From Lama glama (taxonomy: Eukaryota): 64,000 bases of DNA. The notes beneath the pieces are model-generated. The model made no database searches. It was given only the letters and a program-made list of their open reading frames with translations, and had not been told where the DNA came from. The stretch is from assembly GCA_028534125.1 (NCBI GenBank), contig CM052819.1, positions 53,878,001-53,942,000 on the forward strand, given 5' to 3'. Below are positions 50,521 to 63,351 of the stretch, piece after piece; the stretch's first letter is position 1; each line of letters starts with the position of its first letter. Position numbers and translations under genes: made by a program.

Positions 50521-52479
50521 CTGAAAGATGCCATCTTGAAAGGCCAGATGCTGCATGTTTCCATTTATATTACATTCTCCAAAAGACACGACTGGAGTGA
50601 CAGAGACCAGATCAGTAAGTGCAGAGGTTGGCGTGGGAGGCAGACGTGGCTGCAAAGAAATAATGTGAGGGGCGACGAAACTGTTGTGCATACCGATTGT
50701 GGTGGTGGTTACAACGAATCTATACGCGTTTTAGAATTCATGGAAGTGTACACCAGGAAGGTCAATTTTATTACATGTAAATTAAAAAAAAAGTAGAGAA
50801 AAATATGAACTGATACTGAGACCTTGAATCCAGATTCCATTGCTTTCTAGTTGTGCTATATTGGACGAGATGCTTTCTTTAAAAAGTTTTCTCATTACCT
50901 CAAATACATATGAGTATCCACATGTCATAGCGATGATTGGTGAATTGAATGAAGCAATGCATATGAAGTTGCATGGCCAGTGGCATACAGTGAGCACACA
51001 GTAAACATTAGCTGTTAATATGGGGTCCCTATTTTCAGAAGAAAAATCTGAAAAGAACATGAGATTTGCAGTCATACTCAGCTTTGAAGTGCTTATCATC
51101 TTGGATGAGTTGGTCACCCTGTCTGAACTTCCGTTTCCAAACCCTAAAAACAGATATATTCACTTTACAATACTATGGTGAGCGTAACAACTAATATATG
51201 TATAATGCCTGGTACTTAGTCGGTGCTCAATAAATGATAGCTGTAATTATGATTTAGACTGTTTCAATAAGTAAAACATAATTTCTTCTGACACTGAAAA
51301 ATTATGCTTACAAATGGGTAATCCCAGATGATTAATTATGCAACCAAAGAAAGAGCTGATGTTATGCAAATGTTTTAGTTTGTACTGGACTGGCCATTCA
51401 CACATATTTTCTTATTCATAGCCAAAATATTAATTGCTTGAAATGAGCACTGTTGCATTCTAATGAACTATTAAAGGGTAAAAGGATTTTTTTTTTAGCA
51501 CAGTGCAGAATAGATTTTCTATGATAGTGTTTTTCCATTTTGTTATTTTATTTTGCAAATGGAGTCCACAGTTCTACAAAGTGACCTTTTTCATTTTATA
51601 ATGCTTTCTATATCTAATCTCAAGGGTATGTTTCAAAGTAAATTAAAGTAGGAGCCAAAGGAACCTAGAGCCAACTAGAGAGCCTAGTGGCTTCTATGGG
51701 CTCGGTGCCCAGAGACAAGCTGAATCTCTTCTGGACAGATGCTTCCCTAGTTTGCTGTGATAGTCATTGTCATTGTCAGCGTCATTGTCATATCGTCATC
51801 ATCAGCCAGGCTCTAGTTATTCAAAAAGGACTCTTTGATTCTATAGCACCTCCAATCTTCCCGAATGTTATTTAAGCCTTTTTTAAAAAAAACTTTCTTC
51901 CTTTGTTCATTGATCCATGAAAAGGGAAACTGTTCCTTTAAGATGACAAAGCCTGCACTTTTAAAGAAATGATGTAACTCTGTCAGCCAGGTGCATAAAA
52001 ACGCACTTTCAGCCAAAGACATTTCTCATAAGTTAGATTATTTTTCAATGTTAATAAAAATCTTCAGAAATGGATGGTATGGTTTTTTTGTTACTTATGA
52101 CACCACGGAGGTTCTTGATGGGAAAAGAAGTACAGAGACTTGAAGCAAAGAGCTGGGACAGATCTTAGAAATTCTAGCCTCATACCTTTACCCTATCAAA
52201 GGGGAAGCCTGATATCTAGAGAAGAGCATCCTGGATGCGTGTGACTATCAAGTGAGAGGCTGAGTCAGGATGGGACCCAGGTGTCCTGCCTGCAGGGTGG
52301 GCAAGCCGTCTCCCCATGGCATCGCCTCTCCAACGACAGCCTTCCCTGTTTTCTTTTCTATTCTTTGACCCTAAGTTCATAGAGTTTCTTTAATTAAGCT
52401 CATTGGTTCACAGAATACTATCTATCATCTTTAGTCCATGCAAAGATGCTCTCTTGTTTTATTACGTTTTCTCCTTCAT

Positions 52480-53515
52480 CCACAGTTGTCATTTCTAGTC
52501 CTTTCTCTCCTGTAGACACTACTGTATTTGATGTTCTTGGCTGTGCAAATACTGTTTTATGTATGTGTTTAAATTTACTTAAATATATTGTGCTATAAAT
52601 CCTCATTCAGTATTATGTTTTTGGGTCTATCTATATGACAATATGTTTACTTGGTTAAATAACGCTGACCACGGCCTAGTATACCAGAGTGTTAACATCC
52701 TACATTTTGCTTATCTAGTCTTTTCTGTGGACACTAGATAACTTCTATGTTTGATACCACAAACATTCAACAATTCATACCCTTGTCTGTGTCCCTTAGT
52801 GAACTCATGGGAGAAATTCTCTGGGTATACCTCTATCGGGATTTTGGGTCATAAGATACATCATTCTTAATTTGATTAATTATTACCAGATTCCTTTCCA
52901 CAAGGCTATGTTTTACACTAAAAACAGCAATGTCTGATTGTTCCCACCTCTTCACATCCTTGTCAATAAGTGGTATTACCACCTTTTCTTATTGTGCCAT
53001 GTTGGTTGAGTGTTAAGTGGAATTGTGTTGCTATAATTCGCATTCTTCTGATTATTAGCATATTTTCCTATAATTCTTCAATTTTTAAGAATTTCCTCTT
53101 ACAAATTACTTTTTCATATTATTTGAGTACTTTTCTATTTGTTTTCCTGTCTTTTTTAAGCTAATTTGCAGGAGTTCATTTGATAGTCTAGATAGTCACC
53201 CCTTGCCTGTTACAAATGTTGCAAATACGTTCTCCCAATCTGTCCTCTGTCTGTTGTGTCTTTTACTGAGCCAAAATTCTTAATTTTGATAAAGTCAAAT
53301 CCATCAACATTTAACTTTATGGTTTGTGCTTTGGGATGTCCCTTTGGAAGACTTTATCTTTCACAAAGATACCCAACATATTCTTTTGACAGCTTTACAG
53401 TTTTACCTTTAGCAATTAGGTCCTTACTCTACCTGTAGCCCTTGTTTGAATATAGTATAAGTTAGGACTACAGCTTTGTTTTTCTTCACATAATACTAAC
53501 GTTCCAGTTTTCCTA
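52480..53515 (-). mobile_element. Old L1 (L1ME-like) fragment
   Basis: 'gttcccacctcttcacatccttgtcaa', 'gttgcaaatacgttctcccaatctgt', 'aattcttaattttgataaagtcaaatccatcaa...ttatggtttgtgcttt'. Confidence 0.8.
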
Positions 53516-54515
53516 GGGCCATTGAAGCAATATTCGCTCTTTCACCTCTATTCCACTCTAGTCCCATTTGAAATGCTTCAGTAGCTAAATATTTTCCACT
53601 AAATTCAGAAAGATTTCCTGAACCATAGATACATTTACTAAACCCTGAGAAAAATGGTGCTCATCCTAATTAGATATTTTGTTGACAGCTGAGGCCAAGA
53701 TCCAGGGGTCAGGACGCAGGGCTTAACGTCTACAGAGTCCATTCACAGCCTTGTAAGACTCAGCTTATTGCAGTAATAGAGCCTGGAATTCAACAGGAAT
53801 GCACAGTCTTTCATGGCTTCAGATAAGAGGACTAGACCTGGCTGTACCCCATGAACTGGCTTGGAGGTGCTGGCCAATCTTCAATCCTCTTTGGACTCCA
53901 GCTGTGTCAATGAGAAAATGACTTTCATTGGCTAGAGTGGACTCCCAATTAAAATTTTATGTCAGGAGTTTTTGAAGCTGAAGAAAATTTTAGAAAGCCA
54001 CTGGTACAGAGGGTCCCATGAGGTTTTCTAGATATTCCTGTTAAGGCACCACCTCTCCATTGAATTTTAGTTGTCATCCATTATTAATATGAATTCATCT
54101 TTAGTTTTATTTCTAAGCTGACAATTCAGCAATGGGTAGGACCCACTATAGTATGCTGTGCTCTGCAAGTGGATGGTCAATAAATATTTGATGAGCAAAA
54201 GGTGGTTGGTGATACCAGGGGAAAGGAAAGGGTCATCCTCACTGTTTACTGTCTGTAAACCATGGCAGAGAAGGCTACATTTAAAAGAAAAAGTGAATTG
54301 GTAATTCATCTCTTTTCTTTACAAATTAAATAACACTGACATACTTTCTGAGACTGTTGCATTAAACGAACTCAGTTTTATGAAGGGGTGGTGATAGAAA
54401 CGCTTTCCGTAGGTACCCAAAGATACACCTTGTGCCAGGCTTCTTCACTTGGCTTACAATATACCAAAATCACTTGAGTGAGGCCTGGATGCAGTTCTTT
54501 TTGGAACAGATGATG

Positions 54516-54517
<2 letters not shown>

Positions 54518-54553
<36 letters not shown>
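54518..54553. repeat. (GT)n microsatellite
   Basis: About 18 GT units. Confidence 0.97.
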
Positions 54554-54554
<1 letters not shown>

Positions 54555-55379
54555 GTCTGGAGGAAGGGAGTTCTGTTTAACAGTCATATAGTCATAAGAA
54601 GTTGGAAAGAAATGAAACATCTACCTGAGTGGGGACAACAAGACTTCCCAGAGGAAAATGAGGGAGGTTGTTAAGAAAACGTGGTTTCAGTCCAGGAAAA
54701 GCTTGCTGTAAAATCCTTGGATTCTTGGCAACAGACCAACCTTAATGCTTCAGCAAAATACCTTGGGATCTTGAATCCTCATCAAATTCTTAATGAAATC
54801 TTTAGCCAACAGGGTTGCTCAGTAGAAGAGCCCAGTTCTGTCCTTAGACATCTGTGGAGAGAAGCCACTGAAGGCAGGAAAAGGAGCTCAGTTCTTGGAA
54901 TAAAAACATTGCAGAAGGAAGACCTGTGCAGGAAGGGCTTCTTTAGAGACATCACAAGCCCAGTCCTTGGACATACTATTTCTCCAGCCACGGAGGACTA
55001 CTTCCCTTGAAAGAGTTTTACGGATGTTTGGCATCTCAGTTACTATGGCAGATGGAGAAACTGAGCCAACCAGGAGGCACTGAATGGGACAAGGGACAGT
55101 TTAGAGCCTGTAGTGAAGACTCCTTATGGAGATCTGAAACTGATGCAGAGGGAGGCAAGTTAAATAATTCCTATGCGATGATCTGTCTGAAATGTTTTGC
55201 TGAAGGGTATGACAAGGAAGGCTCCAGTTTCACTATGTCAGAGCCCTTAGGTCTGGAAGAGTTAAGGCTTCTCCTGAAGGGGTCTCTACCAATTACAGGA
55301 GCCTGAGGGAGGCATGATTCCTATGCCTTTGCTCAAATCCAACACAGTATCTTCTGCCTAAAGCATGGCCTCAATGTGC

Positions 55380-55880
55380 TCAATCATTCATTCATTTACT
55401 TGCTGTGTCTTGAACGCCTACTGTGCGTCAAGCACTGTAGCAGGAGCTGAGGAATCAGTGAGGATACTGGTCATGCCCTCAAGAGGCTCACAGTTCGATT
55501 AGAGAGGCAGATAAGGAAACCTGCCATTGAAGGGTTTCTACAGATCAGGGTTGTAACTGACGTGAAAGCCGAGGGGGAGGCAGTTTCATATACTGTTAAT
55601 GTGCACCAAACTCTGGCAGCCTCAGTTCACATCCCCAGTCTACTATTTATTGCTGTGTGATCTGGGACAAGTTACTTCAGTTTGCTGTGTCATAGTCTCT
55701 TTCCCTGTGAAATGGGGGTCATAGCCCCAACCTTGTAGATTTGTGTATGGGTTAAATGCGTTTGATTCACGTGAAGTGTTTAGAACAGCACCCAGTGTGT
55801 AGAACGTGCTCAATCAAGGTTAGCAGTTGTGATTTATGTATTAAGGGAGCGCAGAAGAGGAGCATTAACTCCTCTTGGGA
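55380..55880. mobile_element. L2 (minus) interrupted by a MIR (plus, about 55610-55835)
   Basis: 'tcattcattcattt...gaacgcctactgtgcgtcaagcactgt'; 'gctgtgtgatctgggacaagttactt...ctgtgaaatgggg...tttagaacagcacccag...gctcaat'. Confidence 0.75.
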
Positions 55881-56289
55881 GCAGGTGGTAACTTATATAG
55901 GTTGACAAAACCAAGATGTAGAGAAACAGCTTCTCTCATGGGCGACATCTTTCTTACAGAGATCCTAAAGCTCTTCACCAGACCACAGTGCATCCTTCCA
56001 TTAGCATGAACAGAAGCCACTCTCAGAGACCTGGAAGGCCAAGGGTATTTTCGTTTTTTCAGCTCTACCTCTGACCATTGCTCCCTGTCTTCAGTTCTCA
56101 GCTGAGTTTAGCAGTTCCTGGGCAGGATGAGGAAGAAATAGTCATTTCCCCACCCACCCAAAGGGAAATGTGTGATTCACCCCAGCATCATGGAGTCTGA
56201 AAGGGGCTTTCTCTTTTTATCCAAGAAAAATTTGGGCAGGAAAAATAAGCTAAAACTATTCCTCAATCCAGACAGCTCTTGTAAGATAA

Positions 56290-56765
56290 TTTATTCATTT
56301 AATATTTCTATGAGCTCTATTAAATACCTATTGCATGCCAGAATACAGGATATGAGCCTGTATTCATTGACTGCCCCTTTGTGCCAAGCACTGTAGAAAG
56401 CACCTTGTATGTCTAATCTAATGCTCACAGCACCTCCTCATGAGGGAGGCTTGTCATTATTTATAGGAAGAAACTGAAACTTAAAGAGGTTAACTAATAA
56501 CTTGTCCAAGGTTATACAGCAAGATAGGAAATGGCGGAGCAGAAATTTCAATTTGGGCAGAATAAGCTGACAGCCCAAATGCCTAACCACTGTATTTCCC
56601 TGTCTCAACAAGAGTATAATCACAGTCCATGAGGAGATCTCACTCTTGTGAAGGAGACAGAAAAGCAAAGAGATAATTAATATACAGTGTAATCTCTGCT
56701 CCATAAAGGTGTGAACAGAGCACTGTGGGAACTCAGAGGAGGGAGTGAATTCCTCTGCCTGCAAG
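56290..56765 (-). mobile_element. L2 interrupted by a MIR (about 56375-56595)
   Basis: 'aagaaactgaaacttaaagaggttaactaataacttgtccaaggttatacagc'; 'gaggagatctcactcttgtgaaggagacaga...gagcactgtgggaactcagaggagggag'. Confidence 0.75.
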
Positions 56766-58484
56766 AATCATTTTTAGCTGTAATCAGCAAAGTACTTAAG
56801 ACTGTACAAAATTTCTAAAATATGTGCAAACCTGAAATGATGAAAATCTGTCACAGTGAAAGAAAAGCTTAAATTCTAAGATGACTAAAGACTGTAAACA
56901 GACTAGGCAATCAGCCTCTATATGAGCAAGAGTCAAACTTAAATTTTTAAGTCTATTATGCCAGGTACTGTATGCTTCCTACTGCCTCACTCCACCATGC
57001 TTTGCATTGCCAACTGTCGGGATCATGTACTTTGAGTCCCAGCTCAAATTTTGTCTCTTGGAATGTAGTGACCATGATTTCTTTATCTTTATTCACTTCA
57101 GCATCTCCTGCCCCTCCCACTCCAGGGGTCTAGGTCACTGCTCGGCTTAAGATAGGAGCTTGAAAATGTTCATGCTGAGTCTTTTAGAAGTTGATTATTC
57201 TACTTGTGGTTAGACCAAAACCTAATTTTTTTCCTCTCACCTTTCTCTCTTTTCATTTCACACCTCATTTATATTTCTCACAGATGTTGCAAAGAGGAAA
57301 ACTCTAAAATTCATCGCTTTTAACATTTGAGGAAAAGTATATCAAAATGAGAGCCCAAGATAAATTCTGGTGGTAACTTTTGGGTTTTCTTTTATCAATT
57401 ACATTGATTACCTTTATCAATTATTATAGATGGCCCAAAGTTAGTTTAAACTTGGTGGGAAAAAAATGGTCCCATATTGCTTAAGATCTGTCCTGACTCC
57501 CTACTCAGGTCTGATTTTGTGAACAGTGGGTACCACCTAGAACACATCCTCCTCCAACCCTTGGCATCAGAACTATCTCGAACAAGAGGGAGACGAAGGA
57601 GAAAGGGGAGAAAGACAGTGGCAAGGGATGAACATGGTGAAAAAGATTCTGTCAGTCTAAGCTCAAAAATCAATGGCGGAGGCAAGGATGTCCTGCTGAA
57701 TGCTGCTGATAACGTTATAACACAACACCACTCCTGATGAAGCCACGTGCATCCCCACAAAGAATCAGTAAGGATTTGAGGGAAAATACCAATCTTCAGT
57801 AAACTTCATCCTTTTGAGTTAAAGCTAGCGTGCATCATTTTGTCTGATCAATCACCAGTCCAGGTGTAATTGAGGACTAGCTGTTGCCTACTGCCCTGTA
57901 GGCATCAGATTTGTCAGTGACTCTTCTCAGGTGCCCACTTACTGCAGAGCTGCTCCTAGCAGCACAGACGTTGCCTTTGATATACTTCAGACACACTCCC
58001 AGGACATCCCAGTGGTTTCCATTAATTCAGCTCTCTCATTGTGCTCATAATAGAGCTCTGCTACCCAAACATGGGCCTGCATCATCCGTTGTCATAGATT
58101 TTTTCTTGGTTTGTCACAGTTTTGTAGTAATTTATGTCAAACCATTAAGATAAGGTCTCAGCTTATCTCAGTATCTCATCGTAAGTTGTAAGTTTATTTT
58201 TAAAACTTTTTAAAGTATTCATTAAGGAGAAAGGAAACTTTAACCTGTGATTTTTAAAATCCAAATATATTAATGTACTTGTATTTATCTTTGTTTGCAA
58301 ATATTTCTTATGGCTCTGTAGTGTCAGAATTTCTATTTATAACAACTCAGATCATAGCACCAGCTAACAAGCAATTTTGTTTAAAAAGAGGCATTCTTTT
58401 TTGTTTTGAATGTTAATTTTTTAAATCATTGGTTAAGTAGGGAATCTTAAAAACATAGTTGAGATTTTAGAATAAGGGCCCCAG

Positions 58485-59735
58485 TTATTTTATTTAATTG
58501 TGATGAAATTCATATAGCATTAAATTAGCCACCTTAAAGGGAATAGTTCGTTGGTATTCAGTACTTTCACATTGTTGTGGAACCACCACCTCTATCTGCT
58601 CACAAAACATTGTCAGCACCCCAAAAGGAAACCGTGTACACATTAAGCATTTACCAGCCCCTCCATCCTCTCTTCCTAGCTCCTGGCAACCACCAGTATA
58701 CTTCTTGTCTCTATGGATTGACCCACTCTAGACATTTCATATAAATAAGCTCAAACAATATGCAACCTTTTGTGTCTTGCTTCTTACACTTGGCAGAATG
58801 TGTTTTAGGTTCACTCACGTTGTAGCACATATCAGTGTGCTTCATTTCTTTTCATCATGGAATAGCATTCTGTTGTATGTATATACTACAATTTGTTTAT
58901 CCATTTGTCTGTTGATATACATTTGGGTTGTTTCTGCCTTTCGGCTATTATAAATAGTGCTGCTAGGAATATGCATGCATATGTGTTTGTTTGGACATTT
59001 GTTTTCAGTTCTTTCAGATATATACCTAGGAATGGAATTGCTGGATCACAAGGTAATCCTATGTTTACTTTTTGAGGAAATGTCAAACTGTTTTTTCAAT
59101 AGCAGCTGCACCATTTTACATTCCTACGAGCAGTGTATGAGGGTGCCAATTTCTTTACATTTTCACCAAGACTTGTTATTTCCTGAGTTTATTAAAAAAT
59201 TATTATTATAGTCATCCTAGTGAGCATGAAATGGTATCTCATTGTGGTTCTAATTTGCAATTCCCTAGCTAATGATGTTGCAGATCTTTTCATGTGCTTG
59301 TTGGCTATTTGTGTATTTTCTTTTGAGAAATGTCTTTTCAGGTCCTTTGCCCATTTTTTGGTTGTTGTTGGGTTGTCTTGTCATTGTTGAGTTGTAAGAG
59401 TTCTTTATGTGTTCTGTGTACTAGACCCTTATCAGGTATGCGATTTGTAAAGATCTTCTCCCAGCCTGTGTCTCTTCATTGTCTGGATAATTTCCTTTGA
59501 TGCAAAAAGTTTTTAATTTTAAGAAGTACAATTCATTTATTTTTTCTTTTGCTGTTGTTGGTGTCATATCTAAGAATCCATTGTCAAATCCAAGGTCATA
59601 AAGATTTACTCCTATGTTGTCTTCTAAGAGTTTTATGGGTTTAGCTCTAAATTTAGGTTGTTGATCCACTTTTAGTTCATTTCTGTAGATGGTGTGAGGT
59701 AGGGGTCCAATTTTATTATTTTGCATGTGGATATC
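58485..59735 (-). mobile_element. L1MB-like element (3' UTR and ORF2 C-terminal region)
   Basis: 'tcctggcaaccaccag...gtctctatggattg', 'gatatatacctaggaatggaattgctggatca', 'tggtatctcattgtggtt'. Minus-strand ORFs 59421-59726 and 58886-59086 give decayed ORF2 peptides (e.g. LPCDPAIPFLGIYLKE). Confidence 0.92.
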
Positions 59736-60571
59736 TCACTGTAGGGATTCGGTTTTGTGTACACAAATACACTATGGCAGAATTTTAAATGAGGAATTAA
59801 TGAGCTTTATGGGGACAGATAGAGACTGAGCAGGTCAGAGCCAAAGTCTGGTTCTCAGTAATAAACATCTGGCCTCCCCTGGCCCTCCTCCCTACCCCTG
59901 CCAGTTGCCGACCAAACACCTGAGAGGACAGTTACACTAGCTTGAAAGGAGGAAAACAGTTAAAAGTAAGAAGGATGGGTTATTGAGATTATTGTTCAAC
60001 CTAGTGCTTTGGGCCTGCATGTCAGAACTTTGATAATTGCTAAACAAAACAATAAATACATAAAACAGAAATTCCAAACAACAAGCCTAAACATCAAATG
60101 CACCTCCATTTGGTGGCCTGTGGTTGGAGTGTTAGATGAGAAGACAGAAGACTCAGGAGATCTGGATCCCGCTTGCTGCCCCATCGCGACCAACATGAGC
60201 CACTTTCTTCCTCCCCCAGCAGGGAGGGAGCCAGTGGAGGCTTGGAGGAGCCCGCTCTTACACCGTGATGGTGGCTACACTGCAGTGGCCGAGTGGTTTT
60301 GGAAAGTCCAGGATTCCTGACGACAAGAAGTGCACCAGGAGCCGAAGCTGTAGCCAGGACTGAGTGTGAGATGGAGCAAATGGCACCAGCTGAGCGAAAT
60401 GGCTGACCTGGGCTCTTTCTAGCACAGGTGGGTCACACCATAAGGACCAGAATGAGAGACTTACAGCCTGGCCGCCAAGGATTTTCCTGAGACAGGGAGT
60501 CACTGATATGCCCTTCGAATATTCTAGTTATATGAAAGTAAGCTTTAAAGGTGACATCTTCATACTATAAC

Positions 60572-61000
60572 TGTGGCAGAGATGGCCAACTGTCCTTTGA
60601 ACATTTGTATCCTCCTCCGTGGTATAAAGTTGTTGCTGAGAAGCAGCTGCTCAGTAGAGGACTACATTTCCCATCCCCTTACATTGAAATGGGACCATAT
60701 GACACGCTGTGGCCAGTGGAATGTGAGTGGAAGTGTGACATCACCTCCTCCAGGCCGTGGTGCTTAAGGAGCTGGTGCACCATCTTCATGCTCCCTTTCT
60801 TTCTGTCTTCACTGAATACAATGTCCAGGACAACCCTGAAAGCCACACGTTGAAGCCGGCAGATCTCTGTCGGCCTAGGTCCCCGAATGACTTTGGAGCA
60901 CCCATGTTGGACTGCTGCACAAATGAGAAATAAACTTTGAGGAAGACTAAGCCATTTGATGCTTGAGTTTGTTGGTTACTGAAGCCGATGACGTCCTACA
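60572..61000 (+). mobile_element. MLT1 (H/I-like) solo LTR
   Basis: Starts 'tgtggcagagatg', includes 'gactacatttccca', 'tggccagtggaatgtgagtggaagtg', 'gaaagccacacgttgaag', 'atgagaaataaactt'. Confidence 0.8.
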
Positions 61001-61001
61001 G

Positions 61002-61125
61002 CAGTGGTTCTCAGACTTCAGGGTGTGTCAGAATCACCCCAGGGCTTGCTAGGACACAGGGGCTCCAGAATGTGCATTTCTAACCAAGTTTCCGGGTGAC
61101 GATGCTGCGGAGTCTCCATCCTTTG
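61002..61125. mobile_element. MER5A-like hAT MITE
   Basis: 'cagtggttctcagactt...tcagaatcacc...gaatgtgcatttctaaccaagtttccgggtga'. Confidence 0.8.
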
Positions 61126-61194
61126 CTCATCACGGAAAGGCATCCTGAGGGGAATGCTCCCCAATCTGATGTGAGGCGTACGAAAATTAAAACA

Positions 61195-61750
61195 AGCATT
61201 CACTTAACAAGCACTTGTTGAACTGCCTTTTGTGCCAGGCAATATGTTAAGTCCTGGGCATAGAGTGATCAGCTCCTTGGGGAACTTACCAGGTAGCGGA
61301 GGAGAGACACATTCATCAACACAGATACACAGTGGACTATACGGTACAATGAAGGGAAGGGGTAGGGAAATGTGAGACCTAATCATAGGGAACTTCATCT
61401 AGTTTGGGGGGTGGGTTGCAGCACTCAGAAAAGCCTTCTCAGAGGAAGTGTCATTTAGGGTAAGATTTGCATGTCTGTAAAGATGAAGATTTTATTTTAT
61501 TTTTACTTTGTAAGGAGGAGGGTGTGTATCAAAGGAAGAGAATGCATGAAGAAATCGGGAAACTGGAAGAGGGCCAGTATATCTGGAACAGGGAAGCGAG
61601 GGGAAGAATGATAAGGAATGAAATTAGAGAGGTGGAGGGGCGCCAGATCATGCCTGGGATGGGAAGTTGCACAAGGATTCTGACTTTCATTCCAAGAATG
61701 GTGTGAAATTATTTGACTGGGAAAGGAAGGGAAACAGAATTTGCACTTAG
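61195..61750 (-). mobile_element. L2 fragment
   Basis: 'cattcacttaacaagcacttgttgaactgccttttgtgccaggc', 'cagaaaagccttctcagaggaagtg', 'gggcgccagatcatg'. Confidence 0.78.
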
Positions 61751-63303
61751 AAGCATTCTATTCCTTTCTCCCAATTTTTCTATTTTGTCTTTCTTTAAAT
61801 GAGTAAAATTAGTGTTGTATTTAATGTTTCGCTAACATTTTCTTTTGTGGCATGTTTTTGACTTTCTTAATGTTATTTTTCTATATGCAGAAATTTTAAT
61901 TTTTATATATTTAAATTGGTAACTTATTTATGATTCGGGGTTTTATTTCATGCTTAAAAAGCCCTTTCCCATCTCAAAATGATCTTTTTATAATAGGTGC
62001 ACCATGTTTTCCCCTTGTACTTCTATGAGGATATACAGTTTGAAAACACAATGAAATATAAACTTTCACCTATGCAAAAGGCAAAAATAAAAAACTTTGA
62101 TAGTACATTGTGTTAGCGGGTGGTGGAGGGGAGTAGACATTCCCATATTTTTGGTGGGTACATACATTGAAATGTTGGCATTCGGTAAATTAGGGGGTGA
62201 GGGCAGTGCACCAAACAGCTTGATGGGGTCCTGATCAGACTCCCATTGCCCCACTTCTGAACTTCAGCCGCATCCTTAGGTCATTTCTTTTTCAATCCAT
62301 TCACACAAGGGCAGTTTGGCTCAGGGAGGGGGCTGAATCTGGTTGATCAAACACACAAGAAACCCCAGTCAGATCCTTCTTTGGTTAATGAGTCCAGATA
62401 ATATTTTAATTTATTAATGAACTCATCGGTTCTACTACTTTATTAGTAAAGTTAGAGGTTCTTTTCATTATTTTGGATCCCTTAGGCAGTGGCAAAAAGA
62501 AGAAACTCTCCTTCCTGAGCTCATTTCTTCTTAACCGGGGTGCAGGGCTCCCTCTACCCAGCCAGGGGTATATCCCACCCTTTGACCTGCACCTCACATC
62601 TCCAGCTCAGCACGTGTTGAGCTTCCCGAATGACTGCGAGCCTTGGGACCCCTTTCTGTGACCCTAGATTCCTGCTCATGGATTGAGGCCTGTGGTGGTA
62701 GGTATGGCAAGCACTAGCCGAGGTGCTTCCAGGAATTTTCCCAGGACTGACACCTCACCCTCTTAGTTCGCTTCCTCCGAATCAGAAGGGATCTGTGGCT
62801 TGGCATCCTTCCTCAGTATTTTTGGGTTTGTGGGAATGGGGCAGAGTGAGGAGCTGCACCATCCTGTGCTTTTCTGTGCCAGAAACTCGCTTCTTTCCTT
62901 GGTTGTCATTTCCTGAATTAATGGCCAGGAGTTAGTTTCCTTCCCTTGCTTATTGCTGATCATGAACACTTTTCTGATTTAAAACAGTAACTATTAACAA
63001 AGTGACTGGGTAAGGGAACATCTGTTAGCTGGCTTCATTCAACCACCTTTACAGGCAAGTTATTTCCTCATTTGTAAAATAAAGATGTATCACATTCGTC
63101 AGAGGCTAAACAAACACTGTTTTTTTTCCCCTTCTCTTTCCTTCCTTTCTGCCTTCTTATATTTCACATATTAGATATGCTTTAGGATAAATTTAATTAT
63201 TTTATATATTAAAAAAGAACAGACCTATTTTAAAGTGTTCAATGCATTTTATATGTTAATCTATTTTATAGATGGAGGATTATTTTCAAGAGTCCAATTA
63301 ACA

Positions 63304-63306
63304 TAT

Positions 63307-63349
<43 letters not shown>

Positions 63350-63351
63350 TT
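63304..63351. repeat. (TATT)12 microsatellite
   Basis: Perfect tetranucleotide run. Confidence 0.95.

Larger units (their letters stand above)
49147..50792 (+). mobile_element. Old L1 (L1MB/MC-like) ORF2 end and 3' UTR with nested insertions
   Basis: 'ggcaattcagtgaagaaagaat...ttcaacaaatg', 'ctaaatgtaaaacataaaactatagaact', 'aaaaatgggcaaaaaatttgaacagac', 'gaggatgtggagcaactgaaactctc', ending 'gtcaattttattacatgtaaattaaaaaaa'. Confidence 0.88.

Noticed and set aside
58886-59726. Protein-coding ORFs resembling reverse-transcriptase protein C-terminus
   Set aside because: Decayed L1 ORF2 fragments broken by stops and frameshifts.
62190-62930. Possible old ERVL-type LTR fragments
   Set aside because: Resemblance is too vague to assign by eye; needs a Dfam search.
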